This document shows positions 61,782-64,000 of a stretch of DNA of 64,000 nucleotides, piece after piece. This stretch comes from Rhizophagus irregularis (Eukaryota): the NCBI RefSeq assembly GCF_026210795.1, contig NC_089429.1, positions 3,286,001 through 3,350,000 of the forward strand, in the 5' to 3' direction. Numbering within the stretch: the first letter of the stretch is position 1; every line of letters starts with the position of its first letter. The notes under the pieces were generated by a model. That model was not told where the DNA came from. It saw only the letters and a list, made by a program, of their open reading frames with translations, and did no database searches. The position numbers and the translations under genes are program-made.

Positions 61782-64000
61782 ACCGAAGTCTTTGACTAAG
61801 TAAAAAACTATCAATGTTAACTAAATTAGTATTGTTATTGTTCTTGTTGCTCTGTTCTCTAATGTTCGACATTATTGTAGTATTGTTTATGTTTTTATAT
61901 ATTAAAGTAGTCCATAGTGGTTTAACTATTTGTTCCAGCCAAGTAGTTCTCTATTCTATTTTAAATTTAATGCGTCTCTATTTTTTTCTTTTGCAATTCT
62001 TCTATTCCTTGCCCGCAAGGAGTTCCCAGCAATAGTGTTTTTTTTTTCAACCTATATATAAATTGGTTGAAATTCTAATTATATTATATTAATAATTTAT
62101 TTAAATTTATTTATAAAAGATTTTTAATATTTATAAAATAATGTAATTATTAAATATAGTAGTAATTAAAATTTAGTAATCAATAATATTCTTATATTAA
62201 ATTTTCTTTATTTTTTAATATAATATTGTTAATTGATTTTTGATTTTTGGGCTTATAAAAAACAACTGATAAACATAATAAAAGCTATGCAGGAAACAAA
62301 AATGATAATCCTTAATCTTCATTATTATGCCATCTAGAATCTATATAATTAAAATGTTTAGTCTGTATAAATAAATTATAATTGTGAGCCATCGTCCATG
62401 ATCTATTATAAGCTTATTAATCAATTAATATCTGATGCAAAGCAACAGCTAAATTTATTCATATTGGATATTAGATGTATATTACGTATGATTATTCAAT
62501 CAGATTATTTTGAAATATAAATTTACCAACATAATTTTATTTATGTTACGTCGATGTTGTTTAAGATAATAAAAAAATAATTCTGTAATATTTAAAAATA
62601 TTAAAAATGATATAAAATTATATACATAAATAAAAAAAATTCTCAATAATCATTGATAAGTTTGTTCAATAAATAATTACATCAATAATATTATAAATCA
62701 ACTTAATTTTCCAATAATCATCATTGTTATTGATATATATTAACCAATTAGGATCATTATGATTACATGCATGTGATATCTAAAAATAGATAAAATCGTG
62801 TGATTGTTTTTTTGTTTATTTTAAATTCTTTTCTTATTAAAACTTACAAAGTAATAAAAAAAATGTACCCACCAACTCATTCAAAAGAAAAGAATAAAAG
62901 AAAGAAAATAATATGCCCACCTACTCACATATAAAAAAGAGAAAAGCCGATTTAAAATAAATAGTAGAGCTGTTAAGTAAGGTATGAAAATAGGATATAC
63001 ACGTATTTTTCATATTTTCTTTACAATATGTTGTGGTTTGAGTCTTTCTTTGTGGTATAAGTGTGAATATATTTTTCAACGGCCATGTATCTATTGCTTA
63101 TTAAATATATTTGCAATTTTTTGTCTTTCTTTTGTTAGACTATGGTATTACAATATGAAGTGTGAATATATTTTTCAACAGCCATGTATCTATTGCTTGT
63201 TACAATTTCTTTTGTAATATTTGCTTTAGCCTGGAGGAAAATGTTATGAAATAGGGCTGGATATTTTATAACATTTTCTGCCTTCCAATTAATTTGTCTG
63301 GGGGTAGCCTGACAATTTGTCGTTGTCCGTCAGTTGTAGCAACCAGCATTTTTTTACAATATTATGATTTTAAGAAACAAAACTTTTTCAAAAATTTAAT
63401 AAAGAAAGAACTAACTTAAAAATATTATTTTATTATTCTTTACAAAACGCTGGCACTGAAGTTATTTTTTTTCTCACTTATCAAATCCCAACATGTCCAA
63501 AGACTAATCATGTAGTATGCTGTGGTCTGGAACACCCGAGGTTTATGACTACCTAAGGATGAAGTTGTAGGGTACTTCTGCCCGATAGGCTAGCCTCCTC
63601 TAACTTAGGGTCTTATTAATCGGGAGAAGAAGTAGTTTCTAAGTACCTTTCACATCAAGGATGGACATTTTTTGATACTGTGCATCAAGGTGGTAATCCT
63701 ATATCTGCGAATTCAAGAAAAAAAATCTAAATCAAAAGAAATTGGAACCAACACATGTCAAGGTAATTTAAGCATTCTTTTTAAAAAAATTTAATCAAAG
63801 ATTAATTTGGTTTATATACAGTAAACCCAAGGAAAAAGAAAATATAATGTATTTTCAGAAGAATATGATAGTAATGCATATCAAAGTAACTTAAATATTT
63901 ATTTTTTATTTTATTAAAAAAAATATAATAAAAATATAATAACAAGATCTATTTTCTCTTTAAATAGCAAACTTCGAAAAAAGAGGTGGAATAAAACTGG

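Larger units (their letters stand above)
55298..62181 (-). mobile_element. 5'-truncated LINE (APE endonuclease-RT-RNase H-Zn motif), poly(A) tail, ~15-17-bp TSD
   Basis: T-run at 55298-55316. aataatattcttata(tt) duplicated at 55283-55297 and 62182-62196. The flanks rejoin to match ~50285-50310. Confidence 0.92.
17288..64000. mobile_element. Large CACTA/EnSpm-type element (element C): left end cacaggtcgaatag, right end presumed beyond the window
   Basis: Interrupts element D exactly at ttaatct|cacagg. Subterminal repeats at 17300-17630. Downstream gene order (minus accessory gene, plus transposase, Myb gene, 3' region) mirrors element A. The extent is inferred. Confidence 0.55.

Noticed and set aside
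62431..62710. Extra ~280 bp relative to the paralog at ~50533 as a transposon
   Set aside because: No TIR, TSD or tail recognised; it could equally be a deletion in the other copy.

Overview
AT-rich eukaryotic DNA with short GT-AG introns, most consistent with an arbuscular mycorrhizal fungus (Glomeromycota, Rhizophagus-like); this is an inference from gene and TE style, not a database result. Only about 2.6-9.6 kb is ordinary host sequence, with three intact spliced genes: a CUE-domain Def1/UBAP2-like gene (+), ribosomal protein eS1/S3Ae (-) and Mediator subunit Med20 (+), the last two head-to-head. The rest is a deep transposon nest whose insertion order can be read from target-site duplications (TSDs) and from paralogous empty sites in the window. 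At least four CACTA/EnSpm (Plavaka-like) elements with CACTGG/CACAGG termini and 3-bp TSDs sit inside one another. The two large ones share the layout [accessory gene <-][Tnp2-like transposase ->][Myb/SANT gene ->]. Nested in them are a young Ty3/Gypsy element, an RNase-H-bearing LINE, a RAG1/Transib-like transposase pseudogene with a convergent zinc-finger partner, a ~160-bp satellite, a micro-exon/hairpin-intron array and many MITEs. The most striking observation is the Gypsy coding layout: a long extension fused to Gag, a UGA-CUA readthrough-type stop into protease, a slippery heptamer plus hairpin into RT, and a separate integrase ORF. All comparisons were made by eye.
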